Assembly (NCBI GenBank): GCA_964621195.1 | Contig: CAZULJ010000002.1 | Location: 19,665 to 83,664 of the forward strand | Source of the DNA: an uncultured Candidatus Saccharibacteria bacterium | GTDB lineage: Bacteria > Patescibacteriota > Dojkabacteria > SC72 | Reading direction: 5' to 3' | DNA: 64,000 bases | Shown: in pieces, positions 39,412 through 49,635 of the stretch | Layout of the letters: every line of letters begins with the position of its first letter | How positions within the stretch are numbered: position 1 is the first letter of the stretch | Program-made: the position numbers and the translations under genes | Notes under the pieces: model-generated | The model's database searches: none | Told to the model about the DNA's origin: nothing | What the model saw: only the letters and a program-made list of their open reading frames with translations

Positions 39412-40203
39412 GTGAAGAGGAAATTCGAGATTAAAAGTGAAGTGCTTTATCTTTTTCTGATTACCGTTATTACGGTATATTTCTCGTACACTACTCATAT
39501 TCCCGGTATTGTATATCTTTATGCTGGTGGATTAGGGCTAATACTTCTTCTAACCTGGTTTGTTAGAGCTTTTGCTCTCTACTCTGGTAGGAGAATATCC
39601 CAATACAGTGAAGTGATACAACGAATCTCTCTTAAGGAAAGATCCTTTTCCTACTTTGTTCTACCAACAATCTTCTATCTCTCTTTACTTTTATACCTTT
39701 ACTACAATACCTCCTTTGTTATGGACTTGGTACTAATAGTGGTTGCATCTTTACAAATCTTAATACTTTTTCTCAACGTTAAAAGCTCTCTTAGTAAGGT
39801 ATACACAATAGCTAGTCAAACCAGAGCAGTATTTGACTTTGTTTGTATCTCAACATTCTTTCTTCTGATGAGTGTGTATATTAGGTTGGGACTTGAACTG
39901 ACACTCTTCCTACCATTGGTATTTATTACATCATTGATACTATTCTGGTTTGATATTAAAGTTCACTCCAGAGAAAGCCTCTCTGGATTACTCCTTTCCG
40001 TAGTATCCTCACTTTTCGTCAGTATATTTTCTTGTTCATTCTTCTTAACTAATATATTTGTTATACCAGCAGTTAGTACATTAGCTTTTTACTTGATACT
40101 CTCGTTGTGGAATATTCGCTTTTCAGGTAAGGTTAAACTAGCAGACTATATTGTACCTTTCTTGTACTCAATACTTGCATTAATATTAATTCTAAACATA
40201 TGA
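39412..40203 (+). CDS. Polytopic membrane protein, unknown function
   Basis: About 8-9 hydrophobic segments. Confidence 0.65.
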   Translation: MKRKFEIKSEVLYLFLITVITVYFSYTTHIPGIVYLYAGGLGLILLLTWFVRAFALYSGRRISQYSEVIQRISLKERSFSYFVLPTIFYLSLLLYLYYNTSFVMDLVLIVVASLQILILFLNVKSSLSKVYTIASQTRAVFDFVCISTFFLLMSVYIRLGLELTLFLPLVFITSLILFWFDIKVHSRESLSGLLLSVVSSLFVSIFSCSFFLTNIFVIPAVSTLAFYLILSLWNIRFSGKVKLADYIVPFLYSILALILILNI

Positions 40204-40904
40204 AAAAGAGCATAGTTTTAAAAGTAGGTGGATCAATTCTTTATGATCATCTTCTAAATATTAACTTCGACCTATTTCGTAGGATTAAGAAATGGTATTG
40301 GGAGGCAAAGAACGATTATGAAAATATTGTATTAGTAACTGGTGGAGGTGGTATCTCTAGAAATATGCAGGAGAAAGTTATTGAAGATATTAAAGGTGAT
40401 GAAGGCCTTCATAGTATAGCAATGTCACTAACCCAAACGAATGCAACTATACTAGCCTCTTACCTCGAGGACAAAGAAATATTTGTACCTCAAAAATTAG
40501 GAGATGCATATGAATTTCTTAATACAGCTAGTGGTAAATATATGGTCAGTGGAGGATTAAAGGTAGGGTGGAGTACTGACATGGATGCTGCAGTTTTTGC
40601 AGATATTCTTTCAGCAGATAGGGTGCACAAGATCTCAAATGTAGATGCTATCTATGATAAAGATCCAAAGGAATTCTTTGAAGCCAAAGCAATACGAGAT
40701 ATGTCTTGGCAGGACTACTTCGAAGTATTTTCAATTTTACCTGGCCAATCTCATACCCCTAACGCACATATACCTGTAGACGCTCAATGTTCTGTATATT
40801 GCGAGAAGAAAGGGATATCCTTCCATGTAACTGGTGGTAAGCTTCTTGATGAAATAGAGGAGATAAAAGATATACTTGATGAAGGAACTTTCTTACACCC
40901 CTAA
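40200..40904 (+). CDS. pyrH: Uridylate kinase, archaeal-type
   Basis: VLKVGGS, VTGGGGISR, GWSTD..AA, SNVDAIYDKDP. Confidence 0.85.
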   Translation: MKKSIVLKVGGSILYDHLLNINFDLFRRIKKWYWEAKNDYENIVLVTGGGGISRNMQEKVIEDIKGDEGLHSIAMSLTQTNATILASYLEDKEIFVPQKLGDAYEFLNTASGKYMVSGGLKVGWSTDMDAAVFADILSADRVHKISNVDAIYDKDPKEFFEAKAIRDMSWQDYFEVFSILPGQSHTPNAHIPVDAQCSVYCEKKGISFHVTGGKLLDEIEEIKDILDEGTFLHP

Positions 40905-40906
40905 AG

Positions 40907-41377
40907 CTACTTAACGCTTACTATTACGCATGATGTAGAACCAGCTGGTGTTTCTATTGTTAGTTTATCACCCTTCTTTTTTCCCATTAATGAACTACCA
41001 ATAGGGGATTTGTATGAGATCTTTGCTTCTAATGGATTAGCTTCATCTGTACCAACTATATCGAATGTCTTTAACTTTCCACCTTGGCATTCTATTGTTA
41101 CCTTTGATCCAATATCTACTGTCTCCTTATTTTTCTTTTCAACTACCTCTGCTCTGTCTAATCTCTCTTTAATCTCTAGAATCCTATCTTCATTGTTCTG
41201 GAAGTCATCTATAGCAATTGAGTAGCCATCATTCTCTCTTAAATCTCCTTGGCTACGCATTTGATTGAGGGTATCTTGAAGTTCTGTTCTAATCTTGCCC
41301 TCTCTTCTCTCAAGTTCTTTCTTTAGTTTCTTAAAACCCTCTTCTGTGAGCAGTACTTTTCTTTTTGTTCCTGCCAT
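40907..41377 (-). CDS. greA: Transcription elongation factor GreA
   Basis: LTEEG, GDLRENDGY, ISYKSPIG. Confidence 0.9.
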   Translation of the reverse strand: MAGTKRKVLLTEEGFKKLKKELERREGKIRTELQDTLNQMRSQGDLRENDGYSIAIDDFQNNEDRILEIKERLDRAEVVEKKNKETVDIGSKVTIECQGGKLKTFDIVGTDEANPLEAKISYKSPIGSSLMGKKKGDKLTIETPAGSTSCVIVSVK

Positions 41378-41512
41378 CGGAATGAATATAAAGTTATATT
41401 TCGTCGAATGATATATTTAATTATATGCATTGTCAATTGTTTAAAAGGCTTCAGATTTGTAGTAAAATGCATACTAATACTGAATTTTGTGGTAAAATTC
41501 TAACCGCACTAT

Positions 41513-41587
41513 GCCGCTATCGTCTAACGGTTAGGACACATGATTCTCAATCATGTAATCGGGGTTCGATTCCCCGTAGCGGTACCA
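41513..41587 (+). tRNA. tRNA-Glu (anticodon CTC)
   Basis: Cloverleaf; anticodon arm CATGA-TTCTCAA-TCATG, GGTTCGATTCC, encoded CCA. Confidence 0.95.
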
Positions 41588-41597
41588 TTTTACAAAT

Positions 41598-42275
41598 ATG
41601 ATTACTTTCGATTTAATAACAATATTTCCAGATTCTTTAGAAGCTTACATTGAGAGTAGCATCGTTAAAAGGGCTCAAGAAAAAGGTCTCGTAAAGATAA
41701 CGGTTCATAATCTAAGGGATTGGAGCAGTAGCAAACATAGAACTGTGGATGATACTCCCTATGGTGGTGGTCCAGGCATGGTCTTTATGATAGAGCCAAT
41801 ATTTAATGCCCTAAAGGAATTGAGGAAAGTAAACTCACTTGTATTTCTTACTTCCCCCAAGGGAAAGAAGTTAACACAGAGTACACTATCGAACCTCTCG
41901 CAATCCCCAGATGCTCACTATATTGTCCTTTGTGGTCACTATGAAGGATTCGATGAAAGGATACATGAGAATTTAGTAGATTATGAATTCTCAATAGGGG
42001 ACTATGTCCTCTCTGGTGGGGAGTTACCTGCACTAGTTTTAGTAGATGGGATCACTAGACTTATTCCAGGAGTTTTGGGAAATGAAGATTCTTTGGGCTC
42101 TGAATCTTTTACCGATGATGTCTTAGACTATCCACAATATACAAAGCCCTCTGAATTTAATGGCTGGAAAGTACCTGATGTTTTACTCTCAGGAAATCAT
42201 AAACAGATTGAACAATGGAGAAAAGAGATGTCCCAAAAGGAGACATTAGAGAAGAGACCAGATCTGAGTAAATAG
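41598..42275 (+). CDS. trmD: tRNA (guanine-N1)-methyltransferase
   Basis: VDDTPYGGGPGM, CGHYEGFDER, SIGDYVLSGGE. Confidence 0.97.
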   Translation: MITFDLITIFPDSLEAYIESSIVKRAQEKGLVKITVHNLRDWSSSKHRTVDDTPYGGGPGMVFMIEPIFNALKELRKVNSLVFLTSPKGKKLTQSTLSNLSQSPDAHYIVLCGHYEGFDERIHENLVDYEFSIGDYVLSGGELPALVLVDGITRLIPGVLGNEDSLGSESFTDDVLDYPQYTKPSEFNGWKVPDVLLSGNHKQIEQWRKEMSQKETLEKRPDLSK

Positions 42276-42344
42276 TTTGCCCTTGTTTCGACTATCTAAA
42301 TATTATACACTCTTATTAGAAATACTTAATCAATTTCCCTCACC

Positions 42345-42815
42345 ATGAAGAAAGAAAGTTACAAGATAACGGAAGAGAAGAAGTTTGAACTAATAAAGGA
42401 ACTTGAAAAGCTCCAGAATGAAACTCTAAAAGAAATTGCTGATAGATTAGAAGAGTCTAGAAAAGAGGACTTAAGTGAAGATGACATACAGCTTGGGGAG
42501 ATTCTTGAAGAGAAGGAAGTAGTTGAAAGAAGAATAGAGGAAATTAGTGAGATCCTTGATAATGCAGAAATACTTGGAGAGAAAGATTACTGCGAGCCAT
42601 ATCAGGTTTCTCTTGGTTCAACAGTAAAACTCAAACAAGGTAAAAGGATATTCGATATAAAGCTGGTATCTTCTTTGGAGACAGATCCAGAGAAAAACTA
42701 CATATCAAATAAGTCGCCATTAGGAAGGGTATTACTAAAATCAAAATCTGGAGATACCGTAAAGGTAAAGATTAGAGGTAATGTAACCGAATACAAAATA
42801 CTCGACGTTTGTTAA
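42345..42815 (+). CDS. GreA/GreB-family paralog
   Basis: Coiled coil with EDLSEDD tip, VSLGSTV, ISNKSPLG. Confidence 0.85.
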   Translation: MKKESYKITEEKKFELIKELEKLQNETLKEIADRLEESRKEDLSEDDIQLGEILEEKEVVERRIEEISEILDNAEILGEKDYCEPYQVSLGSTVKLKQGKRIFDIKLVSSLETDPEKNYISNKSPLGRVLLKSKSGDTVKVKIRGNVTEYKILDVC

Positions 42816-42832
42816 AAAATTCTTTCGACTGT

Positions 42833-42870
42833 AAAGAGGGGCGTCCGTGGAGGGTCGGGCGCCCCTTTTT
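42833..42870. terminator. Bidirectional terminator between convergent genes
   Basis: AGGGGCGTCCG...CGGGCGCCCCT flanked by A and T runs. Confidence 0.75.
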
Positions 42871-42871
42871 G

Positions 42872-44161
42872 CTATATTATAGATTCCAAATCTTCGATAT
42901 TAACTCTTTTTTGTTCCATGGTATCCCTATCTCGTACTGTAACCGTATTGTTTTCTAAAGTCTCATAGTCGATTGTAATACAGTTTGGTGTGCCGATCTC
43001 ATCTTGATATCTATACCTCTTTCCAATATTCCCTCTATCATCCCATACTACTTTGTGATTATCTGCGAGTAACTCAAATACCTCTCTTGCCTTACTTGAT
43101 ATTTCTTCCTTGTTACCAACCAATGGGAATATTGCAGCTTTGTATGCAGCAATTTCTGGATGAATCTTGAGAACAGTTCTGATATTACCATCTCCCAAAT
43201 CTTCCTCCTCGTATGCATCGAAGAGTAACATTAAGAGTGTCCTATCTACACCTCCTGAAGTTTCTACAATCCATGGGGTATATTTCTCTCCTGTTTTTGG
43301 ATCTGTATATTTCAATTCTTTACCACTAAACTCACTATGTTGAGTTAAATCGTAGTCACTTCTCCAGTGTATACCCTCATTCTCTGCCCATCCCCAAGGA
43401 GATAGATACTCTACATCAAAGGCTCTCTTTGCATAGAAGACTAATTTTTCTTTAGGATGTTCATAGAAACGTAGATTCTCGCCCTTCCGATACAGCTCTT
43501 TGTAAAACTTCATTCTTTCCTCTTTCCAATACTCAAACCACTTCTCCATATCATCTGGATGTACAAAGAATTGAAGATCCCATTGCTCAAACTCTCTACT
43601 TCTGAATGTAAGTTTTCCGGGGGTAACCTCATTCCTAAAAGCTTTACCAATCTGTGCAATACCAAAAGGAATCTGTTGTCTTGTAGAATCTACTACATTC
43701 ATAAAATCAAGATATATTGTTTGACATGCTTCTCCTCTTAGATATGCATCCATCTTCTCTCCTTCAACAACTCCAACCTCTGTTTTAAAAAGCATGTTGT
43801 ATTTTCTTGATTCTGTAAACTCTGTACCACCACACTTAGGACATTTCTCCTCAATATCTTCAGGTCTAAATCTTTGATGACATTTCTTACATTCCACAAC
43901 CTCATCAGCAAAACCTTTAACATGCCCTGATGCTTCCCAAACCTTTGGATGTGTAATTATTGTTCCATCTATACCAACTACATTCTCCCTTCTATCAACA
44001 ATATTTCTCCACCAGTATCTCTTTAAATTATTCTTCATCTCTACACCAACAGGACCGTAATCATAGAAGCCACCTATACCTCCATATATCTCAGAGTTTG
44101 GAAATATTATTCCTCTTCTTTTCGCTAAGGCTGTAATCTTTTGGAGTAGGTCTTGTGACAT
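42872..44161 (-). CDS. glyQS: Glycyl-tRNA synthetase, homodimeric type
   Basis: EIYGG..YDYGP, WEASGH, AQIGKAFRNE, IGKRYRYQDEIGTP. Confidence 0.95.
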   Translation of the reverse strand: MSQDLLQKITALAKRRGIIFPNSEIYGGIGGFYDYGPVGVEMKNNLKRYWWRNIVDRRENVVGIDGTIITHPKVWEASGHVKGFADEVVECKKCHQRFRPEDIEEKCPKCGGTEFTESRKYNMLFKTEVGVVEGEKMDAYLRGEACQTIYLDFMNVVDSTRQQIPFGIAQIGKAFRNEVTPGKLTFRSREFEQWDLQFFVHPDDMEKWFEYWKEERMKFYKELYRKGENLRFYEHPKEKLVFYAKRAFDVEYLSPWGWAENEGIHWRSDYDLTQHSEFSGKELKYTDPKTGEKYTPWIVETSGGVDRTLLMLLFDAYEEEDLGDGNIRTVLKIHPEIAAYKAAIFPLVGNKEEISSKAREVFELLADNHKVVWDDRGNIGKRYRYQDEIGTPNCITIDYETLENNTVTVRDRDTMEQKRVNIEDLESII

Positions 44162-44240
44162 ATATATTTTTACTTATTTAAACGACCAATTATACAATAT
44201 TCTTTACCCATTAAGAAAATTTCTGCTATATTATACATAG

Positions 44241-45101
44241 ATGAAAAAGAGTGATGTTACAAAACTTGTCCTGTTCATTGATTTTCAGTTAGCCATCCTT
44301 CTAGGATTAGTCCTTTACAACGGCTTTTCTAGTATCACTAAAACATCTGAACCTCAACAAGATGTCCTAGGTGCAGAATATATTCCAGAAGACAGGGAAT
44401 TTACAATATCAGTTTGTCATATTGAAAACTGTGTATATCTCTCTAGCTTAGATGTAACCAAGGAGGGAAATATTGACAAGGGTCTTGTATACCAACTAGT
44501 TTTAGAGAAAGTTTTCCCATACTTTGAGGACACATATGGTGGTAAAGGTTTCGCTTCAAATCGTGGAGGTTCCTTTGTCTATTGGAAGGAAGATATACGA
44601 CCTGATCTTTCAAATGTTTTCGATGAGGTTTATAAATCATTTAAATCTGGATTAGATACAAATGTTGAGATATCACTTCGAGATATGCCAAGTACAGATG
44701 GAAAGTACGCTACTAAGTATATCGAGATAGATAACTCTAGGCAGAAGCTTTTTGTATGGAATAACGGGGTAGTTGAAAAAGAGATATTACTTTCTGGACC
44801 CAAGGAGGGATATGAAGTATATGGAGTATTTCCAATTGTAGATAAAGGGTTAAATCCTAAAGCTCCTACTGGGGACTATATGCCCTACTGGATGGCTTTC
44901 TACTATTCTGCCTCCCAAGATTCTTGGTATGGACTTCACGGTTTAATATGGTGGTATGATTCTAATGGTAGAGCTGTATACGAGCCAGAGAGTAATATTG
45001 GTATTAGAAAGAGTGGAGGATGTATACGTATGGTGGAAGAAGATGCGAAATATCTGTACGAAGCTTTTCAAAAGGGTGATCTAATCCTTCTGCATGAGTA
45101 A
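44241..45101 (+). CDS. L,D-transpeptidase (YkuD family)
   Basis: N-terminal TM; MPYWM, YGLHG...SGGCIRM catalytic motif. Confidence 0.85.
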   Translation: MKKSDVTKLVLFIDFQLAILLGLVLYNGFSSITKTSEPQQDVLGAEYIPEDREFTISVCHIENCVYLSSLDVTKEGNIDKGLVYQLVLEKVFPYFEDTYGGKGFASNRGGSFVYWKEDIRPDLSNVFDEVYKSFKSGLDTNVEISLRDMPSTDGKYATKYIEIDNSRQKLFVWNNGVVEKEILLSGPKEGYEVYGVFPIVDKGLNPKAPTGDYMPYWMAFYYSASQDSWYGLHGLIWWYDSNGRAVYEPESNIGIRKSGGCIRMVEEDAKYLYEAFQKGDLILLHE

Positions 45102-45217
45102 AACTGTTTAAAAAACTTTCTGTTTAGTAAATTTCAAAATATTCTTTTAACAAAGGTCTTTCTCTTTGTATCCGGTTATTGATATAATCGCAGTATATTA
45201 ATTTATTCACCATTACT

Positions 45218-46762
45218 ATGGAAGATGCTCAAAGGAGTGATCTGGTTGGACAGAGAGAATTAAGACTTGAGAAGATTGAGCAGCTAAAGAAACTTGGTAT
45301 TAATCCATATCCTGCTAGATCTAACAAAACGAATACGATAGGGGAGATAACTAACTCGTATGAGCAATTTGAAGGTAAGAACGTATGTCTTGCTGGTAGG
45401 ATTAGAGCATGGAGGACCCATGGTAAGCTAATATTTCTTGATATTAGTGATCAGTTTGCAAATATCCAGGTGATGATAAAGAAAGATTCCTTAGTTGGAG
45501 AAAACAGCAATGGAACTCTGTCCTGGGATCAATTAGATTTACTCGATCTCGCAGACTTTGTTGAAGTATCTGGTAGTATCGGTAAGAGCAAAAGAGGTGA
45601 GATATCTCTGTTTTGTGAAGGTATTAGATTGTTAAGTAAATCTCTAAGGCCTATTCCAAGGAAGTTAAATAGCAAGGAACAGATGTTTAGAAGAAGATAC
45701 TTGGATTTGATAATTAACGAAGATAGGAGGAGGATGTTTGAAAGGAAGGCAGCGTTTTGGCAAGTTCAGAGAGATTTCCTTCGTAAAGAGGGCTTCATAG
45801 AAGTTGAAGTGCCAGTATTAGAACCTGTAACTGGTGGAGCGGATGCAAGACCATTTGTTACACACCACAACGCTCTTGATCAGGATTTCTTCCTAAGAAT
45901 TTCTACAGAGTTGTATCAGAAGAGATTGATAGGGGCAGGTTTTGAGAAGGTATATACATTGGGTCCAAACTTTAGAAATGAGGGAATGGATGATGAACAT
46001 TTACAGGAATATTATCAATTAGAATGGTACTGGGCATATGCCGATTTTAGAATGAATATGGAACTTGTAAGAAAACTTTTCATTGAGATTGCAGAGAAAG
46101 TCTATGGAAAGACAGAGTTTACAACCAGAGGACATACCTTTAATCTGGCAGATAAATGGGAAGAGATAGACTATACAACTGTAATTAAGGAAAGGTTTGG
46201 AATTGATATCTTCAAAGATTCTGATGAAAAAATATTAGAAGTAGTAAAAAAGAACAATATTGAATTGGATGGAGATATTAACAGAAGCAGATTGATAGAC
46301 AACCTTTGGAAAGTCATTAGAGCAACTATCTCTGGTCCTGCATTCTTGATCAATCAACCAGTATTTATCTCCCCATTAGCAAAAGCTCATGAAGAGAATC
46401 CTGAACTAACTGAGAGATTCCAAGTAGTTATAGCTGGTAGTGAATTAGGTAACGGATATTCAGAAATTAATGACCCTGTAGACCAATTAAATAGATTCTT
46501 AGAGCAACAGGAGCTAAGAGATTCCGGTGATCAGGAAGCTCAAATGTTGGATATAGATTTTGTAGAGATGCTTGAATATGGTATGCCACCTACGAGTGGA
46601 TATGGACAGAGTGAGAGAATCTTCTGGTTTATGGAAAATATATCTGGAAGAGAAGGTACTTTCTTCCCACAGATGAGAGTTGAAGTTGATTCAACAACAA
46701 AGAAAATCTATGGAGAGAAGCTTTCAAAATACTTAAAGCTAAAAAGTAAAAAGAAAGTTTAA
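45218..46762 (+). CDS. lysS: Lysyl-tRNA synthetase, class II
   Basis: RRRYLDL, GGADARPF, FRNEG, EYGMPPT. Confidence 0.96.
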   Translation: MEDAQRSDLVGQRELRLEKIEQLKKLGINPYPARSNKTNTIGEITNSYEQFEGKNVCLAGRIRAWRTHGKLIFLDISDQFANIQVMIKKDSLVGENSNGTLSWDQLDLLDLADFVEVSGSIGKSKRGEISLFCEGIRLLSKSLRPIPRKLNSKEQMFRRRYLDLIINEDRRRMFERKAAFWQVQRDFLRKEGFIEVEVPVLEPVTGGADARPFVTHHNALDQDFFLRISTELYQKRLIGAGFEKVYTLGPNFRNEGMDDEHLQEYYQLEWYWAYADFRMNMELVRKLFIEIAEKVYGKTEFTTRGHTFNLADKWEEIDYTTVIKERFGIDIFKDSDEKILEVVKKNNIELDGDINRSRLIDNLWKVIRATISGPAFLINQPVFISPLAKAHEENPELTERFQVVIAGSELGNGYSEINDPVDQLNRFLEQQELRDSGDQEAQMLDIDFVEMLEYGMPPTSGYGQSERIFWFMENISGREGTFFPQMRVEVDSTTKKIYGEKLSKYLKLKSKKKV

Positions 46763-46799
46763 ATCTTTCAGTTCAATTTATACAAAATAGGTCCATTCA

Positions 46800-47177
46800 A
46801 TGGATTCGATAAAAGATATACTTAAAAGTCTCAATACCCCCAAGGGAGAAGAGGAGAAGCCCCAAGGAGAACTCTTCGATACTCAGAAATACTCAAAGAA
46901 GAGGGTCTTGATTAATGATAAGCATAAGTATATATCCAAGGAGTATCAGTATTATGGATTAAGCATTGCAGGTAAGCTTGGAGATCAAAAGAGGGTAACT
47001 ATGTATATAAAGTGGGCAAAAGAAAAACCAAGAGTAATACTAGAACAGGCTTTTAGTTTTGCAATTGATTATCCAAGTGCAAAAGACAGAAGTAGAATCT
47101 TTATGTGGAAGGTAAGGGAGCTAGAGAAAGAAAGAGAGGCTAGGAAGGCTTCTGGGAAGAAAGATACTGATGAATAG
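46800..47177 (+). CDS. Hypothetical basic protein
   Basis: 125-aa ORF, codirectional with lysS. Confidence 0.65.
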   Translation: MDSIKDILKSLNTPKGEEEKPQGELFDTQKYSKKRVLINDKHKYISKEYQYYGLSIAGKLGDQKRVTMYIKWAKEKPRVILEQAFSFAIDYPSAKDRSRIFMWKVRELEKEREARKASGKKDTDE

Positions 47178-48150
47178 TATCTAGAACCTTTTGTGAAGCT
47201 TCTGGCCCATCTGAGGCTTCTACTCTAGCCGCAGCAGAGTATTCATGCCCACCTCCTCCAAGTAGAACAGCTATTTCACTAACCTTTTGATATCCTTTTG
47301 TACCTCTAAAGGATACTTGCCAAATATTCTCTTTGTAGTACGAGGGCTTTACTACAAAGCCCCAGTGTATTCCATGTATATTCCTTATTATTCTATCTCT
47401 GACATGCTGCTGTGCATTGTTTACACCTGTTTTTGTAAGACCTAAATCATCAATATCTTGTTTGGAAATGTATGTATATGCCATATCTTCCTCCAGGGTT
47501 ATATTTTTAAGAAATATCCTAAGAGGCTCTATTGTGTCAAATGGGAATTTACTGTTCTTGTATGTAAAATCCTCAATATCAAGATTATGTACTCTTCTAA
47601 GTTTACCCATCATTTCGTAAGTATCGGGGGTTGCATTCTCGTATAGGAATCTTCCTGTATCTGAAACTATACCGATCTGGCCAAGCTTAGAGATATCCTC
47701 TGTAATCTTAAATCTCCATCTCTCCATCTCAAAGCAAACACTTAGTACCTGCTCTGTTGCAGAACTCATATTGTTGTTAATACTTAGATCCGCCTCAATA
47801 TCCTTTGTATCATGATGATCTATACTGACAAGAGTAGCTTTGGATGTTTGTATATTGTCATGGTGAGTTGTACAAAGGTCTAATTTCCCAGAATCGGTCA
47901 TAATGATTAGGTCTTCATCTCCACTTAGAATCTCCTCTACGACTTCAATCTCTTGCATATGAGGAATGTTTTGTGTTGGCATTTGTCTTGCTTTGAATAC
48001 CACCTTTTTCTTTGAGTAGTAGGTATTTAGGAATTCTTTAAGAATTAATGCACTACAAAATGCATCGAAATCCGGTCCTTTATGTGTCAGTATGAGTATA
48101 CTCTTCGATCTTTGTATTAATTTCTTTAGCTCTGAGGTTTCTTTTTTCAC
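47140..48150 (-). CDS. DHH/DHHA1 phosphoesterase (NrnA-like)
   Basis: THKGPDFDA, IDHH, SDTGRF, GGGGH..AA. Confidence 0.9.
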   Translation of the reverse strand: MKKETSELKKLIQRSKSILILTHKGPDFDAFCSALILKEFLNTYYSKKKVVFKARQMPTQNIPHMQEIEVVEEILSGDEDLIIMTDSGKLDLCTTHHDNIQTSKATLVSIDHHDTKDIEADLSINNNMSSATEQVLSVCFEMERWRFKITEDISKLGQIGIVSDTGRFLYENATPDTYEMMGKLRRVHNLDIEDFTYKNSKFPFDTIEPLRIFLKNITLEEDMAYTYISKQDIDDLGLTKTGVNNAQQHVRDRIIRNIHGIHWGFVVKPSYYKENIWQVSFRGTKGYQKVSEIAVLLGGGGHEYSAAARVEASDGPEASQKVLDTIHQYLSSQKPS

Positions 48151-48351
48151 TAGAGTAAGTATACCAGAAAAGATATTTGTGTAATATTGCTCTCCTTGAT
48201 AAATGCCTTGTTGTGGTAATATAATACAATATGTATATACAAGGGATATTTTCTAATAGTATGTCCTCCTTTTCATCTGTCCACCTCGGTGGACATATAT
48301 ACTTTTAAACAAAATTAATTTCCAATTTAAATTAGATAAATATATAGACAG

Positions 48352-49629
48352 ATGTTAGATATTAAAAGAATCATAGAAGACAAGGAGGGAGTAAAGAAGG
48401 CACTCTTAAAGAGGGTTGCACCAGAGGATTTAAACCTTGATGAAATAATCGAGTTGTATGAGAAAAGAAAGGAATATGTTAAGAAGTTTGAAGAGAAGAG
48501 ATCAGGACAAAATAGCTTCAATAGTAAGATGGCTACCGTAGAAAAAGGATCAGAGGAGTTCTTAAAGTTAGTGAAGGAGTTAAAAGAACTTGCTACTGAA
48601 GTTAAGGAATTAGAAGAGAAATTGAAAGAGTTAGATGAAGAGCTAAAAGAGAAGCTTGAAGTATTACCAAATATTCCTGATGAAGATGTAGTTGCTGGTG
48701 GTAAAGAGAACAATGAGGTTGTTAAAACAAGTGGTGAGAAACCACAGTTTGATTTTGAGATAAAGGATCATGTTCAGCTTGGGCAGGAACTTGGGCTATT
48801 TGATTTTGAAACAGCATCTAAGATGTCTGGTTCAAATTTCTCTATGTATAGGGGTTTAGGAGCAAGATTAGAATGGGCCTTAATCAACTACTTTATAGAT
48901 GAACATATCAAGGATGGGTATGAAATGATCATACCACCACATATTGTAGGTGAGGAATCTGGTTACTGTGCGGGACAGCTTCCTAAGTTCAAAAATGACG
49001 TGTATTGGTTAGAGGATGAAGATCAATTCCTTATTCCTACTGCAGAGACTGTTTTAACAAATATATATAGGGATGAGATTTTAAATGAGGAAGATCTTCC
49101 AAAGAAGTTCTTTGCATATACCCCCTGCTATCGTAAGGAAGCAGGTAGCTATCGTGCAAATGAGAGAGGATTGATACGTGTTCACCAATTTAACAAAGTT
49201 GAGATGTACCAATTTACAAAAGAGGAAGATGCCGAGAAAGCATTAGAAGAGTTAGTTGCAAAAGCAGAGAAACTCGTAGAAGGCTTAGGATTGCATTACC
49301 ATACTACAAAGCTTGCCGCAGCAGATTGCTCTGCAGGTGCAGCAAAGACATTTGATGTAGAGGTCTGGTTACCAGCAATAGGGCAGTACTATGAAGTAAG
49401 TTCAATCTCAAATGTTAGAGAGTATCAATCAAGAAGAGGGAATATTAGATACAAGAGTAAGCAAGAAAACAAAACAAAGTTTGTTCAGACATTGAATGCT
49501 TCTGGTCTTGCTACAAGTAGACTTATGGTAGCTATCGTAGAAACATATCAGCAAAAAGATGGTTCAATTGTAGTTCCAGAGGTTTTAAGAAAATATATTG
49601 GAGTAGATAAGATAGAGAAGGGAAGGTAA
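48352..49629 (+). CDS. serS: Seryl-tRNA synthetase
   Basis: LIPTAE, CYRKEAG, GLIRVHQFNKVE, TLNASGLA. Confidence 0.97.
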   Translation: MLDIKRIIEDKEGVKKALLKRVAPEDLNLDEIIELYEKRKEYVKKFEEKRSGQNSFNSKMATVEKGSEEFLKLVKELKELATEVKELEEKLKELDEELKEKLEVLPNIPDEDVVAGGKENNEVVKTSGEKPQFDFEIKDHVQLGQELGLFDFETASKMSGSNFSMYRGLGARLEWALINYFIDEHIKDGYEMIIPPHIVGEESGYCAGQLPKFKNDVYWLEDEDQFLIPTAETVLTNIYRDEILNEEDLPKKFFAYTPCYRKEAGSYRANERGLIRVHQFNKVEMYQFTKEEDAEKALEELVAKAEKLVEGLGLHYHTTKLAAADCSAGAAKTFDVEVWLPAIGQYYEVSSISNVREYQSRRGNIRYKSKQENKTKFVQTLNASGLATSRLMVAIVETYQQKDGSIVVPEVLRKYIGVDKIEKGR

Positions 49630-49635
49630 GTAGAT

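Noticed and set aside
48241-48300. Hairpin TGTCCAC-CTCG-GTGGACA upstream of serS as a T-box element
   Set aside because: No T-box consensus or specifier stem, and the leader is too short.
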